A stretch of DNA of 49,554 nt from Rhodothermales bacterium (GTDB taxonomy: Bacteria; Bacteroidota; Rhodothermia; Rhodothermales; Bin80). The stretch lies in contig JAAXGO010000073.1 in NCBI GenBank assembly GCA_012267425.1, forward strand, positions 1 through 49,554, read 5' to 3'. Below, piece after piece: positions 37,361-46,874 of this stretch. The notes under the pieces were generated by a model. The model was not told the DNA's origin, did no database searches, and saw only the letters and a program-made list of their open reading frames with translations. The translations under genes were made by a program, and so were the position numbers. How positions within the stretch are numbered: the first letter of the stretch is position 1; each line of letters begins with the position of its first letter.

Positions 37361-37978
37361 ACATAAACGTATCGTATGCTAATTCTTTTACGGGCACCCC
37401 AAGCACGAGAACGCTACCTGCAGCCTCGGACGGAACGGCGAAGATCTGCGGAGCATCAACGCGTGGTCGTTCCTCTTGGTTCGTACGTCGTGGGCATGAG
37501 GTCCTGTACCCACAATTCCTCGGCTTTCTGGCAGCTGCGTGCACGAAATAGAGCCCTGCGTCGTTCGCCGGCAACCCCTGGCCGGAAATATGCGCCGCGC
37601 GAATGCCACGCTGCTGCCCGAAGTGATGGTGGAGACCGGCATCGACGTATGAACGGTCCTCTGCCGGGAAAACGTCAACAATCCCATCGTGCCCCATGTC
37701 GGCTGCAAAAAATGCGGGTGGTCTGCGGTCTTTATCTTGTTCTTAACAGGGGATAGCGGGCATGCCGTGGCAGTATCTCCGCATGGAGAGCCTACGGCTC
37801 TAACTAAAAAATTATGTCAACGACGTGTTCGTCATTGGTGCCGAGCAAGACCTACGGCTACACAATTGTTTATGCTTGCTGCCCCCAGCAACCCGAGAAT
37901 AAAGTTCGTTTCCCACGAGATATTTGGTTATGAATTAATGTTGGAAGCACATAGTGACTTCAGGCGGATAGAACGGTA

Positions 37979-38206
37979 ATGGCGATAGACAGGGCGCCGC
38001 ATGCGTGGCAGGAGAAGATGCTCATCGCGGCCAGTGCGGTCCATGCGCTGGGCAACCCGTTCTGTGCAGCGTTGGACAACCTGTTGCGCAAGAGCGGCTT
38101 AGACGAGTTCGCGGAAGAGACGCGATGGGATTCCTACATGTGCCGGATGGGACACAGCCGGGCCTTCCTCCAGGCGCGTACTTTCAGACTGGTGTCTCGG
38201 GAATAA
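37979..38206 (+). pseudogene. Possible N-terminal remnant of an IS5/IS1182-type transposase (DUF772-like region)
   Basis: NPFCAALDNLLRKSGLDEFAEE..Y resembles the HPLR.I...VD..L..L...F block. The adjacent frame reads GTQPGLPPGAYFQ, compare GRPG(I/L)PPGVYFR. Short and frameshifted; weak call. Confidence 0.25.
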
Positions 38207-38359
38207 AGGCATCCACCACTACAAAGGGCAGTTCGTCGCCTTCGTCATCACCGATCCGCTCTACTACGGGTTCGATGAGCCTAACCTGTGCCTCGATGTC
38301 ACGCGCTTCGGGCTGCATTTCTACAGGCACACTTGATCCTTCTTCATTTCCCGTGCTGC

Positions 38360-38700
38360 GTCATGTTCCAGGTTGCCTTTGAAGACGCAGCTCCTTCACG
38401 CGGTCCAAGAAGACACGCACCCAGCGTTTTTGACAACGATGGACCAGGGGTGTGCGAGATGCTTTCGGCGATTGCGCCGTAGTACCCGAAGGGTCATCGA
38501 GGCCGCGGCCTGGTTCCGCTCGAGACCATGCTGCGCATCTCCTTCATGCAGCACTGGTTCGGCTACTCTGACCCAGCCATGGAAGACGAGCTGCTGGCAC
38601 AGGTCGTGGCGCTCTGCTTAAGAGGCAGTGCTTACGTACCCTCTCGCAGCGTTCTCTTTGTATCTTACCGACCCGCGCTTAAACGTGCGGAGTCCGACAC
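38360..38700 (+). mobile_element. IS5-family (InsH-like) transposase remnant; N-terminal third only, with frameshifts and an internal stop
   Basis: Collinear with E. coli InsH across four frame changes:
- VAFEDAAPS
- SKKTRTQRF
- FLTTMDQG
- [47 protein letters not shown] (InsH: [37 protein letters not shown])
The DDE catalytic domain is missing. The remnant ends just before the next gene. Confidence 0.65.
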
Positions 38701-38733
38701 CGCGCTCCTCTACCTGAAGAAAGAGACCGGATC

Positions 38734-39624
38734 ATGCATTTGGCCATTCACAACTGGATGAAGATCGAGCCGATTGACGTCACCGTGCGGCGGCTTGCGG
38801 GCTACGGATACGAGAGCCTGGAAATACAAGGTGAACCTTACAAGTACGACACAAAGGCCGTTCGAAAGCTGTTGGACGATCACGGTGTTCGGTGCTGGGG
38901 CACTGTTACGCTGATGCTTGAAGATCGCAACCTTCTGGCTCAGAGCGAAGAGCAGCGTGCAGCATCTATCCGCTATGTCAACGACTGCGTCACTATGGTG
39001 ATGGAGCTTGGTGGCTCAGTCATTTCACTGGTCCCGGGTACCGTGGGCAAGATTACGCCGGACTCTACACCGGACAACGAGTGGGCTTGGTGCGTGGACG
39101 CATTGAAGGAGATTTATGACCATGCACAGCGGTGTAGTGTGCGGATTGGACTCGAGCCCATCAACCGTTTCGAGACGTATTTCATTAACCGCGGTGCGCA
39201 AGCGCTAGCGTTGGCCGAGGCCGTGGGACCCGATTGCGGCGTTTGTCTTGACATCTTCCACATGAACATCGAGGAAGACGATCCGATGCAGGCAATCCGC
39301 GACGCGGCGGGTCGACTAGTGAATTTCCATGTTGCAGATAACAACCGCATGGCCTGCGGGATGGGTACGCTTGACTGGAAGGAGATTGTCAGCACGCTAC
39401 GGAGCGTGGGATATGACGGCGCCCTCAGTGTCGAGTTTTGTCCTCCGCTGGATCGCACACCTGCCAACCGCTTCCTCGATAGCGTGGACACGAATCCGGA
39501 AGGCATCTCCGAGTCCGAGCGCAAGTTTCTTGAAGATCACGGCAGCAGCGTATTCAGTACTGCGTTCTACGAGATGCACGTACGTCGCTCGGCTGAGACC
39601 CTATTGCCGCTCATCCGGTCGTGA
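38734..39624 (+). CDS. Sugar phosphate isomerase/epimerase (xylose isomerase-like TIM barrel, AP_endonuc_2 fold)
   Basis: 296 aa. Motifs: [57 protein letters not shown]. Confidence 0.85.
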   Translation: MHLAIHNWMKIEPIDVTVRRLAGYGYESLEIQGEPYKYDTKAVRKLLDDHGVRCWGTVTLMLEDRNLLAQSEEQRAASIRYVNDCVTMVMELGGSVISLVPGTVGKITPDSTPDNEWAWCVDALKEIYDHAQRCSVRIGLEPINRFETYFINRGAQALALAEAVGPDCGVCLDIFHMNIEEDDPMQAIRDAAGRLVNFHVADNNRMACGMGTLDWKEIVSTLRSVGYDGALSVEFCPPLDRTPANRFLDSVDTNPEGISESERKFLEDHGSSVFSTAFYEMHVRRSAETLLPLIRS

Positions 39625-39639
39625 ATCCGTTGTGGTAGA

Positions 39640-40140
39640 GTGATAGCTGGAGTTAGTGGTGCTACTTCCGGTATGCTTCGTTGCCGGTTGACTGAGAAGG
39701 CAGCTTGGCCTCCGTACGATGTGCCATTCCGCCACGACTCAGTTACCTCAATCTGGCTCGTAGTCGCAGCCGTTGCGTTTTGCCTCACGCCGGACCGCCC
39801 ATCTCCGGAAGGGACCGTGTATCCGATTGACAGCTTGGTTACGAAGCTGAAGCAGTCCGACCGAGCCTACCTGCAGTTCGTGACTGTGCCAATCCTACGC
39901 GCAGGCTTGTACACGCTTTCCAAAGGCGGCACCGACAGGCAGCAGCCCCACGATCGCGACGAACTATACTACGTGCTCGAGGGGCGCTCATCCATGACAA
40001 TTGGCGAGGACGAGCACGACGTAAATCCTGGAGACGTGATTTGCGTGGCCGCGAATGCGGAGCACCGTTTCCACGACATAAAGGAGGATCTCATGCTTCT
40101 TGTGTTCTTTTCTGAAGCGGATCCTGACGTTTCGGACTGA
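39640..40140 (+). CDS. Cupin-domain protein
   Basis: Cupin_2 core: PHDRDELYYVLEGRSSMTIGEDEHDVNPGDVICVAANAEHRFHDI. The listed start is GTG and the true start is uncertain. Confidence 0.7.
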   Translation: MIAGVSGATSGMLRCRLTEKAAWPPYDVPFRHDSVTSIWLVVAAVAFCLTPDRPSPEGTVYPIDSLVTKLKQSDRAYLQFVTVPILRAGLYTLSKGGTDRQQPHDRDELYYVLEGRSSMTIGEDEHDVNPGDVICVAANAEHRFHDIKEDLMLLVFFSEADPDVSD

Positions 40141-40262
40141 CAAACGGCGCACCGCCTGATCGGCGAAGCCGTGAAACGCCGCGACACGCCGGTGCTCCCC
40201 TGCGTCCAACATCTGACTCGATTGACCTCCAACTCGGCTGTGACTTCCCAACTGCATCCTGA

Positions 40263-40400
40263 TCAAAGCTTCCATAAGTACCCTGCCAGCTCGGAGGCAT
40301 CCAGCTCACGGCGGGCCACTGCGTGAACACACCACAGCAGCAACGTCTCCGAAACAGTCACCTGGGTACGCACCGGTTTGCGTCCAGACACTACGTACAT
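40263..40400 (-). CDS. Small ribbon-helix-helix (CopG/Arc-like) protein, 45 aa, orphan
   Basis: Not in the ORF track because it is under 60 aa. ATG is at 40400 and TGA at 40263-40265. Translation: MYVVSGRKPVRTQVTVSETLLLWCVHAVARRELDASELAGYLWKL. It shows a beta strand (TQVTVS) followed by two helices, the RHH pattern. Confidence 0.35.
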   Translation of the reverse strand: MYVVSGRKPVRTQVTVSETLLLWCVHAVARRELDASELAGYLWKL

Positions 40401-40523
40401 GCTGTGATTCCGATAAGCGCCGGAATCAGACGACCCAACTTCAGGCCTGCGAGTCGCCGGATCGGCGCCGAGTGACTATGCTATGGATAATAAGTCTTGT
40501 CTGATAAGTACCAATGTCAACGG

Positions 40524-41450
40524 TTACAACACGCGATCGACAAATGCACGCGTGTGGACCTCCACGGGCACCTTCATGAGCTCCAGAACGCCGCGTGCAA
40601 CGTGCTCCGACAGACGTCGGAATGCCTCTTCTCCCTTTTCTTTCGTGGCGCGAAGTGGATTACCGATGACTCCGCTTTCGATGAACTCGTGGTGGTCCAT
40701 TGGAAAATTGAAGTAGTGGTACCCTTCGAATTCCACGTCCGGCATGCCGTCCTTTTTCTCGAAGGACCGCGGCAGGAATGCGGGAATGTGCGCACGGGTG
40801 AATTCAGCGCGGCTCATCCTCACGAGCCGCTCGTTCCACGCCAGATCCTGCGACGTTTCTAGTTCGCTGGCGTGCCAGCCAGGCGTTTCGTCCGGAGGAT
40901 TCTCCATGAGTCCTTTGAGAATTCCGGTATACCGCTCCATGTACGGCTTGACGAAACTGATGAGCGCACCCGTCTCGTAACGGAGCTTGCGGAGAACTGG
41001 ATCGACAACCTTGATATTCGAACCATGGCCATTAATGAAAATGATGCGGTTGAACCCATGGTGAATCAGGCTCCGCGCAACATCATGCATGACGGCAAGT
41101 AGCGTGGAGCTGCGTACCGTTATCGTTCCTCGCCCCTGCCCCGGCTCGTGCATGTGCTGGGGCGAATACCCCATCCAGATGGGTGGCGTATGCAGCACAG
41201 CGATCATTTGTGCGACGCGCTTTGACATGTGAACCGCCGTCACGGTATCGGTATATAGCGGCAGATGCGGGCCGTGCTGCTCCAAACTTGCTACGGGTAC
41301 GAGAACGATGTCCTTCGTTTTGAGGTAGGTCTTGATATCCGTCATCGTCAGATCTCCCAGGTCCCACGAAAGGAACTGGGCACGAAAATCGTCATCTCCA
41401 TCAGTAAGCCTTGGCAGATGGCCGTAGTCCGGAGTGTCAGTAGCAATCAT
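40524..41450 (-). CDS. Creatininase-family amidohydrolase
   Basis: Motifs: IVLVPVASLEQHGPHLPLYTD and FNRIIFINGHGSN, plus HASELETS. The start overlaps the upstream gene's stop by 4 nt. Confidence 0.85.
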   Translation of the reverse strand: MIATDTPDYGHLPRLTDGDDDFRAQFLSWDLGDLTMTDIKTYLKTKDIVLVPVASLEQHGPHLPLYTDTVTAVHMSKRVAQMIAVLHTPPIWMGYSPQHMHEPGQGRGTITVRSSTLLAVMHDVARSLIHHGFNRIIFINGHGSNIKVVDPVLRKLRYETGALISFVKPYMERYTGILKGLMENPPDETPGWHASELETSQDLAWNERLVRMSRAEFTRAHIPAFLPRSFEKKDGMPDVEFEGYHYFNFPMDHHEFIESGVIGNPLRATKEKGEEAFRRLSEHVARGVLELMKVPVEVHTRAFVDRVL

Positions 41451-42682
41451 GAGGTGCTTTCCTCCATCATGTCGATGAATTGATCTGCCACCGTCCGTCC
41501 GAATTCCGGATCGTTGACGTGGCGCGCGTGAGTGGTGACTGGAATGTCGCGGCGTACCGTACGCAGCAGGGTTTCACGAAACAGGGCGTCCGACTCCGGA
41601 TCCCAGAATGGCCCTCCCGGAACGTTCGGTATCGACAGCCCACGAGTCGGAATAACTATTCGTACGGGCCCGGTAGCCGCCGACAGTTTCCTGGCAAATA
41701 TGTGGCCAAGTTCTTCCATTTCGTCGCGGCTCGTGCGTACGAGTACGTATTCAGGGTTGTGATCGTATTGCGGGCGCCCCTTAAGCGATTCAGGCACTGT
41801 ACCCGCGTTCCATACACTGAAATCAATACAGCCTGGGACGATGACCTGAGGCAACCCGAGGCTGCCGACTACCTCTAGACGGTGCGCCCCGCCGTCGTGA
41901 ATACCGCCTACAAGTGGATCGTACACCTCGTTAGTTGTAAAGTCGATTACGCCCGTAAATTGGCCTTCTGCGGCAAGCTCCTCCATCGCGGGTCCACCGA
42001 CCCCATTGGAATGGAAAATCACCGATTCGAATCCTCGGGCCGCGAGATGGTCCTTCGCCGCCATAACGGCAGTCGTCGTATTGCCAAGCATCGTAAGGGC
42101 GACATACCTCTTTCCGGGCTCTGGAGCCGGAAGATCGTGTCCGTACCCGACCATGCCCTTGATGGCGGCTGCGACGTTGTCGAAGATCGTGCACGCAATG
42201 GGATTCAGACCAAGGATGTCCACCACGGAGTGGACGACCATCATGTCCCGCGTTCCGACGAGAGGTTCAAAGAAATGGTACCCCGAAGCGATTGGCGATA
42301 CGAGGACCTTCGGGACGCCGACCGGAAGCACCATCATTGCGGCCGCTCCCATCACCGCGCCCTCCGCACCCCCCATGCACACGATTGCGTCCAATCTGCC
42401 GTCTGCGTAAAGCTTCACCGTCAACTTCTTGAGGGCCGCCCGCATGCCGCGGACAGCCTTTCCCCGACTCCCAGCCGCCTGCAGTGCTTCGATCGTCGTA
42501 CCGCCGTACGTCGCTGTCTCCGCGTGATCGATATCGGGAACGATGTCGAGAGGCTCGCCCAGTATTCCCGAATCAATGACGATCGTATCGAGCCCAAAGC
42601 TCTGCAGCCGATCCCGCAGGTAGGCGATTTCAGGACCTTTCGTATCCAACGTGCCGATGACGACGACGGTCTTTTCCATCAT
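41447..42682 (-). CDS. Tm-1-like ATP-binding protein (UPF0261 family)
   Basis: MEKTVVVIGTLDTKGPEIAYLRDRL... is the typical UPF0261 N-terminus. 411 aa, with VCMGGAEGAVMG and HSNGVGG blocks. Confidence 0.8.
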   Translation of the reverse strand: MMEKTVVVIGTLDTKGPEIAYLRDRLQSFGLDTIVIDSGILGEPLDIVPDIDHAETATYGGTTIEALQAAGSRGKAVRGMRAALKKLTVKLYADGRLDAIVCMGGAEGAVMGAAAMMVLPVGVPKVLVSPIASGYHFFEPLVGTRDMMVVHSVVDILGLNPIACTIFDNVAAAIKGMVGYGHDLPAPEPGKRYVALTMLGNTTTAVMAAKDHLAARGFESVIFHSNGVGGPAMEELAAEGQFTGVIDFTTNEVYDPLVGGIHDGGAHRLEVVGSLGLPQVIVPGCIDFSVWNAGTVPESLKGRPQYDHNPEYVLVRTSRDEMEELGHIFARKLSAATGPVRIVIPTRGLSIPNVPGGPFWDPESDALFRETLLRTVRRDIPVTTHARHVNDPEFGRTVADQFIDMMEESTS

Positions 42683-42683
42683 C

Positions 42684-43790
42684 CTAGTCGAACGAATCCA
42701 ATGAATTTTCCAGCGCTTCCCAGAGGCCTACCACCACGAGTCCCAGCCCCTTGGCAAAGCGGTTAAGTTGATACAGTGTGCCAGGATCCTCGCAAACCAG
42801 CAGGTCCGCGCCACGGCTCCGGGCATCCTCTAGTCGGGCCCGCGTAAGGCGATCGGCTATGTCGGGACGTGTGAATTGCAGCGCAGTGCTCCCAACAGGG
42901 TGTGCCCTCTCACGCCGCCAGAAAAGCTCGATGCACTGACCGGGCATTGCAGCACGGGCAAGAGACCGAACCGCGTCGAAGCGTTCTGGCGCGCGGACAG
43001 CATGCGTTGGATCCACGTACGCGTATACTGACGCGTCTGGTGATGCGATGGGCTGGCGAGTCGCGTCCTTGAGACGGGTCGCCAACAACACGGCAAGATC
43101 CACCAATTCGATGTCCTCCGGCCACGCAAGTCCCAGCCGTTCCGGCAGCATCTGTCGGAACGCGAACATATCGCCAGGTGACAGAACGACCACTTTACGT
43201 GCTCCCGAAGCATGAAACGCATCAAATAATTCTAACACGTGCTCCCGCGCGAGATCGGGCATGCCCAACGAGCAGGCGAGAAAGCCGTTTGCCCGTCCGG
43301 CACCAACGGGTACGGCGTCCATTCCAAGGGCGTCTAGGAGCTTAAGCGCGCTCCTGGCAGCAGTTGGTCGGAGGTAGTAGGCCTCATCACCAACGTATAG
43401 AGCAACATCGCCTTGAGCAGTCGCAGGCTCGGGCAGCTGACTTCCAAATACGGACTTGGACCTAATCAAGCGGCTGCGCAGCTCGTACACGACATCAGGG
43501 GCTAGCCCTTTGTCTACGAGGTCGGTGCGAACGGCGGCCACGGCGGCGGGTAGCGGCTGATCCGTCACACAGTGGGCCCGACAGTTTCCGCTATCAGGTT
43601 CCGCGTACACGACCCGGACGGACTCCTTGTCCCATTGAACGAGTCCGCGCCGCTGGGATGCAACTACCAGCGCAATGCCATGGGGAGTAACGGCCTCGTT
43701 GGCCATAACATGCCCCACCGGCGCTACGTGCCTGCACATGAGGCAGTACCGACAGTTTTCGGTTGCCGTTATGGGGTCGTCAAGCTGCAC
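42684..43790 (-). CDS. GlcF/LutA-like (Fe-S)-binding subunit with reduced cysteine content
   Basis: N-terminal CRYCLMCRHVAP and a later CRAHC. The C-terminal halves resemble CCG domains but read ACSLG and VCEDPG. It lies 3 nt downstream of the FAD oxidase gene. Confidence 0.7.
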   Translation of the reverse strand: MQLDDPITATENCRYCLMCRHVAPVGHVMANEAVTPHGIALVVASQRRGLVQWDKESVRVVYAEPDSGNCRAHCVTDQPLPAAVAAVRTDLVDKGLAPDVVYELRSRLIRSKSVFGSQLPEPATAQGDVALYVGDEAYYLRPTAARSALKLLDALGMDAVPVGAGRANGFLACSLGMPDLAREHVLELFDAFHASGARKVVVLSPGDMFAFRQMLPERLGLAWPEDIELVDLAVLLATRLKDATRQPIASPDASVYAYVDPTHAVRAPERFDAVRSLARAAMPGQCIELFWRRERAHPVGSTALQFTRPDIADRLTRARLEDARSRGADLLVCEDPGTLYQLNRFAKGLGLVVVGLWEALENSLDSFD

Positions 43791-43793
43791 CTG

Positions 43794-45308
43794 TCAGAAG
43801 CCGAAACCCACCTTGCCGGGATTCATGATACCGTTCGGATCAAGCGCTCGCTTGATACGCTCGAGGAGAGGCCAGGCATCACCGTATTGGCGGCGCATGA
43901 ATCGCGAGAGTTTCAGGCCGACGCCATGGTGTTCGTTCACCATCCCGCCGTTGTCCAGAACGGCAGTCATGGCCGTATTCCATACGTTGTTGTGCAGACG
44001 CACGGCCTCGCGGGCGTCCTCCGGTGGATTCTTGATGATAAACCGCGTATACACCATCACGCCCCAATGGAACCAGTGAGAAAAGTGGCCGATGAAATCG
44101 ATGTCCCACTCCTGGAATCCGTCCTCGACGGCTTTTTTTTCCGCCCAGTAGACCTTTTCGATCTTGTCGTACGTCGTCACGGTTTCGGTCGTCCCGTACA
44201 TCCAGGGCATTTTCAGGCTCTGGGGCGGGTAGTAGAAGTCATACCTCTGCTTCCACCACCTTTCGCCCGGCTCCCGGCCAAGATCCCTCACACCAAATGC
44301 ATCGATGATCTCAAGGGCTTTCTCTTCCTGGAGGGCCGCAAGGTCGGGGTCCCCATCGAAGCCGATGACCATGTAGGCGCCGTCGAGCTCGTAACCCAGG
44401 ATTTTCTTGACTCGCGATGCTGTTGACCGAGGATCATACAGGCGAATTACGAACGGATCCAGGCGACGCGTCATAATTCGTCTGCCCGCCTCGATCCCGT
44501 CTTTGAGATCATCGAACAGAATCGCCCGCAAAAGGCGCGCCGTCGGCAGGTAGTCGAGCTGCATTGTTGCTTCCGTAATGATCCCGAAGGTGCCTTCAGC
44601 ACCCAGAAACAGCCGAAAGAAATCCGGACCGGCTGCGTGCTGCGGTACCACGGGGGTCCGAAGGACGTGCCCGTCCGGGAGCACAACCTGCATCCCAAGT
44701 ACGAGATCTTCTGCCTTGCCGTACTTGGTACTTATCGTCCCGGTGCCGCGTGGTGCGAGGTACCCCCCCAATGTGGCACAGTTTGCCGAGGCCGGATAGT
44801 GGGGCAGCATGAGACCGCGCTCGTTGACGGCCCATTCCAACTGCATTCCGTTGATGCCGGCCTGTGCAGTAACCGTCAGCGATTGCTCGTCTATGTCAAT
44901 GATTCGGTTGAGCCGCTTTGTGTCCACGACGATGCCGCCGAAAACTGAGAGTGCTCCGCCCTGTGATCCCGACCCACCACCCCATGGAATGATCGGAATA
45001 CGGTAGGTGTTGGCAATCTTCAGGATCGAGGAGACTTCCTCAGCCGAGCCGGGATGCACGATGTAGTCAGGCTTGCGCGGAGTCTCGCCGCGATCGAGCC
45101 ACATCTGCGGAAGCCAGAACCAGTCGGTGGAATACACGAGCCGGTCGATCTCGGCAGTCGAGACGTGCGTGTCGCCGACGACCTCGGCGAGTTCGCTGCG
45201 TATCATTTCGACTTGAAGCCCAGTCCGCTCCACTTTCGCGGTTCTGCCGAGGGTCAACCCCTGCCCATTATGCACCGTGCTGGGCAGAGTGTCAATCGAA
45301 GATCGCAC
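43794..45308 (-). CDS. FAD-linked oxidase (GlcD / D-lactate dehydrogenase / alkyl-DHAP synthase-like)
   Basis: FAD_binding_4 pattern: VHPGSAEEVSSILKIANTYRIPIIPWGGGSGSQGGA...IVVDTKRLNRIIDIDEQSLTVTAQAGI. The C-terminal oxidase domain ends at NEHHGVGLKL...LDPNGIMNPGK. Confidence 0.88.
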   Translation of the reverse strand: MRSSIDTLPSTVHNGQGLTLGRTAKVERTGLQVEMIRSELAEVVGDTHVSTAEIDRLVYSTDWFWLPQMWLDRGETPRKPDYIVHPGSAEEVSSILKIANTYRIPIIPWGGGSGSQGGALSVFGGIVVDTKRLNRIIDIDEQSLTVTAQAGINGMQLEWAVNERGLMLPHYPASANCATLGGYLAPRGTGTISTKYGKAEDLVLGMQVVLPDGHVLRTPVVPQHAAGPDFFRLFLGAEGTFGIITEATMQLDYLPTARLLRAILFDDLKDGIEAGRRIMTRRLDPFVIRLYDPRSTASRVKKILGYELDGAYMVIGFDGDPDLAALQEEKALEIIDAFGVRDLGREPGERWWKQRYDFYYPPQSLKMPWMYGTTETVTTYDKIEKVYWAEKKAVEDGFQEWDIDFIGHFSHWFHWGVMVYTRFIIKNPPEDAREAVRLHNNVWNTAMTAVLDNGGMVNEHHGVGLKLSRFMRRQYGDAWPLLERIKRALDPNGIMNPGKVGFGF

Positions 45309-45377
45309 TGTTTCCGTACCTTATTCATGTAAGCGTGCTACGCCTTTCTCGCTCCACTCAGTCTTTTCTGCGGCCAG

Positions 45378-46274
45378 ATGCTACGACACATTCTTCTAGC
45401 GATTGTGGCCTGCCTCACGTCGGTTGCGGGGTCGCTGGCTCAGCCGATTGAAGTCCTCCTCATCACGGGACAGAACAATCATGACTGGAGGCGCACGACG
45501 TCGCACCTTGTTTCGGCTCTGAAGGCGGTGGATCGTTTTGACGTAACCGTGTCCGAGACGCCGCCAAGGGGCGCGGAAGCGGACGCATGGAAGACCTGGC
45601 GCCCGACGTTCGGGGACTATGACGTGATTCTGCTCAACTACAACGGGGAGATATGGCCCGAAGATGTGCGTACGTCCTTCGAACGGTACGTCTACAGTGG
45701 TGGCACAGTGCTCGCGCAGCACGCATCCAACAACCCGTTTCCGGGTTGGGAGGCCTTCGAGCGGATGATCGGACTGTTGTGGAGAAGCCCTGACGCTGGA
45801 TACCGTGTATTCTTGAGCGACGACGGCAATCTAGTTCGCCTGCCTCCGGGTGAAGACGTGGGAGCTGGGCATGGACGGTTGCACGACTGGCAGATTACCT
45901 CTCGCATGGAGCACGCGATCCTAGACGACATGCCACCCGTTTGGCTCCATCCGCACGATGAGTTGTACCACGGGCAGCGCGGACCTGCCGAAAACATGCA
46001 CATCCTCGCGACGGCCTTCTCGTCCGAAGACAGTGGCGGCACCGGACGGCATGAGCTGGTGGCGTGGTGGATTCCCTACGGGAAGGGGAAAGTGCTTACG
46101 CTGCTGCTGGGCCACCTTTGGGGAGGTCAGGAAGACGACCGTGCCCTGCGGTGCGTGGGGTTCAGGACCATGTTGCAGCGCAGCGTACAGTGGCTGGCAA
46201 CGGGCACCGTAGACATTCCTATTCCTGACGATTTTCCCGGCGAAAACACGGTGAGCGTTGTTGAATACCGATGA
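45378..46274 (+). CDS. ThuA-domain (trehalose utilisation-like) exported protein
   Basis: Signal peptide. ThuA blocks: VLLITGQNNHDW, YDVILLNYNGEIW, YVYSGGTVLAQHASNN. Confidence 0.8.
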   Translation: MLRHILLAIVACLTSVAGSLAQPIEVLLITGQNNHDWRRTTSHLVSALKAVDRFDVTVSETPPRGAEADAWKTWRPTFGDYDVILLNYNGEIWPEDVRTSFERYVYSGGTVLAQHASNNPFPGWEAFERMIGLLWRSPDAGYRVFLSDDGNLVRLPPGEDVGAGHGRLHDWQITSRMEHAILDDMPPVWLHPHDELYHGQRGPAENMHILATAFSSEDSGGTGRHELVAWWIPYGKGKVLTLLLGHLWGGQEDDRALRCVGFRTMLQRSVQWLATGTVDIPIPDDFPGENTVSVVEYR

Positions 46275-46468
46275 AATCGTTTCTACCTGCTACCTGCATC
46301 CTCGCCGTTGTGACGAGTACCGCCGGTCAGATCCAAGACCTAAACGATCGGACCAGCCGGTTCAACAGAGAATTGCTTGACGGCGGGAGGGCTTCTGAAA
46401 ATCCGGCGTCCAATTGCGTCGAAGACGGCGCAATCGTTGGCTGCGGACCATGTGCCCATTTGTTCTAG
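46271..46468 (+). CDS. Small putative exported protein (uncertain)
   Basis: 65-aa ORF whose ATG overlaps the ThuA stop (ATGA). The N-terminus MKSFLPATCILAVVTSTAGQ is signal-like. The C-terminus has a CGPC pair. No family recognised. Confidence 0.3.
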   Translation: MKSFLPATCILAVVTSTAGQIQDLNDRTSRFNRELLDGGRASENPASNCVEDGAIVGCGPCAHLF

Positions 46469-46874
46469 AGAGGTTCTTAAAAGGGATAGGCCTCGTTCAA
46501 GAATATTCATTTCCCGGCGTGATTTCGTCACCAGAAGCGAACTCGGAGTCGAGACCCCATATGCCGTTTCGGCTTGATAGCTGGCCCTCGACAGATTGCG
46601 TAGGTCAACAACACGTATGGGAGAGATCCCCCGCAAGACGGGCAGCCTCTACGGCATTGACGACCGAAATAGAGGCTCAGGCACGTTATGACGAGTACTT
46701 TACCGAGCATCTCATCGTTTGGGCAAGCGCATCACAACCTTGATTAATGGCTCAACCGTGGTCGACCACACCGAAGAATCTCCAGGCGGGGACTGTAGAC
46801 TGAGGGAAAGCATGTTTGCCCTTCAGGCCGACGGTCCCGATCGGTACGTAGGTAAAAGTCAAGAAGCTTTCCAA

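Noticed and set aside
37347-37742. Minus-strand frame reading ..AFFAADMGHDGIVDVFPAEDRSYVD.., reminiscent of an FG-GAP/VCBS repeat.
   Set aside because: There is only one repeat-like string. The remaining translation is Arg/Pro-rich noise, and the frame overlaps the AssT start region. Insufficient evidence for a gene or pseudogene.
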